This document shows positions 53,541 to 53,954 of a stretch of DNA of 53,954 nucleotides, in pieces. Under the pieces are notes generated by a model that was not told the DNA's origin, searched no databases, and saw only the letters and a program-made list of their open reading frames with translations. The translations under genes and the position numbers were made by a program. The stretch is taken from the NCBI GenBank assembly GCA_013265495.1, contig MU058233.1:905038-958991 (forward strand), written 5' to 3'. The first letter of the stretch is position 1; every line of letters begins with the position of its first letter. Source of the DNA: Vicugna vicugna (Eukaryota).

Positions 53541-53954
53541 TTCGGGTTTTGGATCGGGATGGGGTTCGGGATCGGGTTAAGGTTAGGGTTAGGGGGTTAG
53601 GGTTAGGGGATTAGGGTTAGGGTTGGGGTTAGACTCAGGGTTAGGGTTAGGGTTAGGGTTAGGGGTGGGGGTGGGGTTGGGGTTGGGGGGAGGGTTAGGG
53701 GATAAGGGTTAGGGTTAGAGGGTTAAAGATAGGGATAGGACTGAGGGTTAGGGTTAGACTCAGGGTTAGGGTTAGGGTTAGACTCAGGGTTGGGGTTGGG
53801 TTAGGGTTAGGGTTAGACTCAGGGTTAGGGTTACACTCAGGGTTAGGGTTAGAGGGTTAGGGTTAGGGTTAGGGTTAGACTCAGGGTTAGGGTTAGGGTT
53901 TTAGGGTTAGGGTTAGACTCAGGGTTAGGGTTAGGGGTTAGGGGTTAGGGTTAG
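53541..53954 (+). repeat. Telomeric repeat array (TTAGGG)n with variant repeats, G-rich strand running toward the window end
   Basis: Starts with TTCGGG/ATCGGG units, then TTAGGG mixed with TTGGGG, ATAGGG, TTAGAGGG and TTAGACTCAGGG up to the last base. Confidence 0.97.

Overview
Mammalian genomic DNA, most likely camelid (inferred from the tRNA-derived SINE family and young L1 3' ends), covering the last ~54 kb before a telomeric repeat array. It contains three genes. (1) The 3' part of a KRAB zinc-finger gene recognisable as ZNF268 (+ strand; KRAB-A, KRAB-B and a C2H2 exon). (2) A complete homeobox gene ANHX (+ strand; CpG-island promoter, 9 reconstructed coding exons, 481 aa). (3) An intact single-coding-exon MBD3L1-like gene (- strand). 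The window ends in ~415 bp of degenerate-to-canonical TTAGGG repeats. The rest is largely L1, SINE, MIR, LTR and DNA-transposon debris, and most ORFs in the track are spurious. Main points of interest: a perfect 84-bp coding minisatellite that amplifies one ZNF268 finger six-fold; a 475-bp near-perfect intronic tandem duplication; an MBD3L1-like gene only ~5 kb from telomeric repeats; a recurring TTAGAC-TCAGGG telomere variant unit; telomere repeats joined directly to a truncated LTR-like element; and frame-coupled alternative splicing in ANHX. Gene and repeat family names come from remembered sequences, not database searches.
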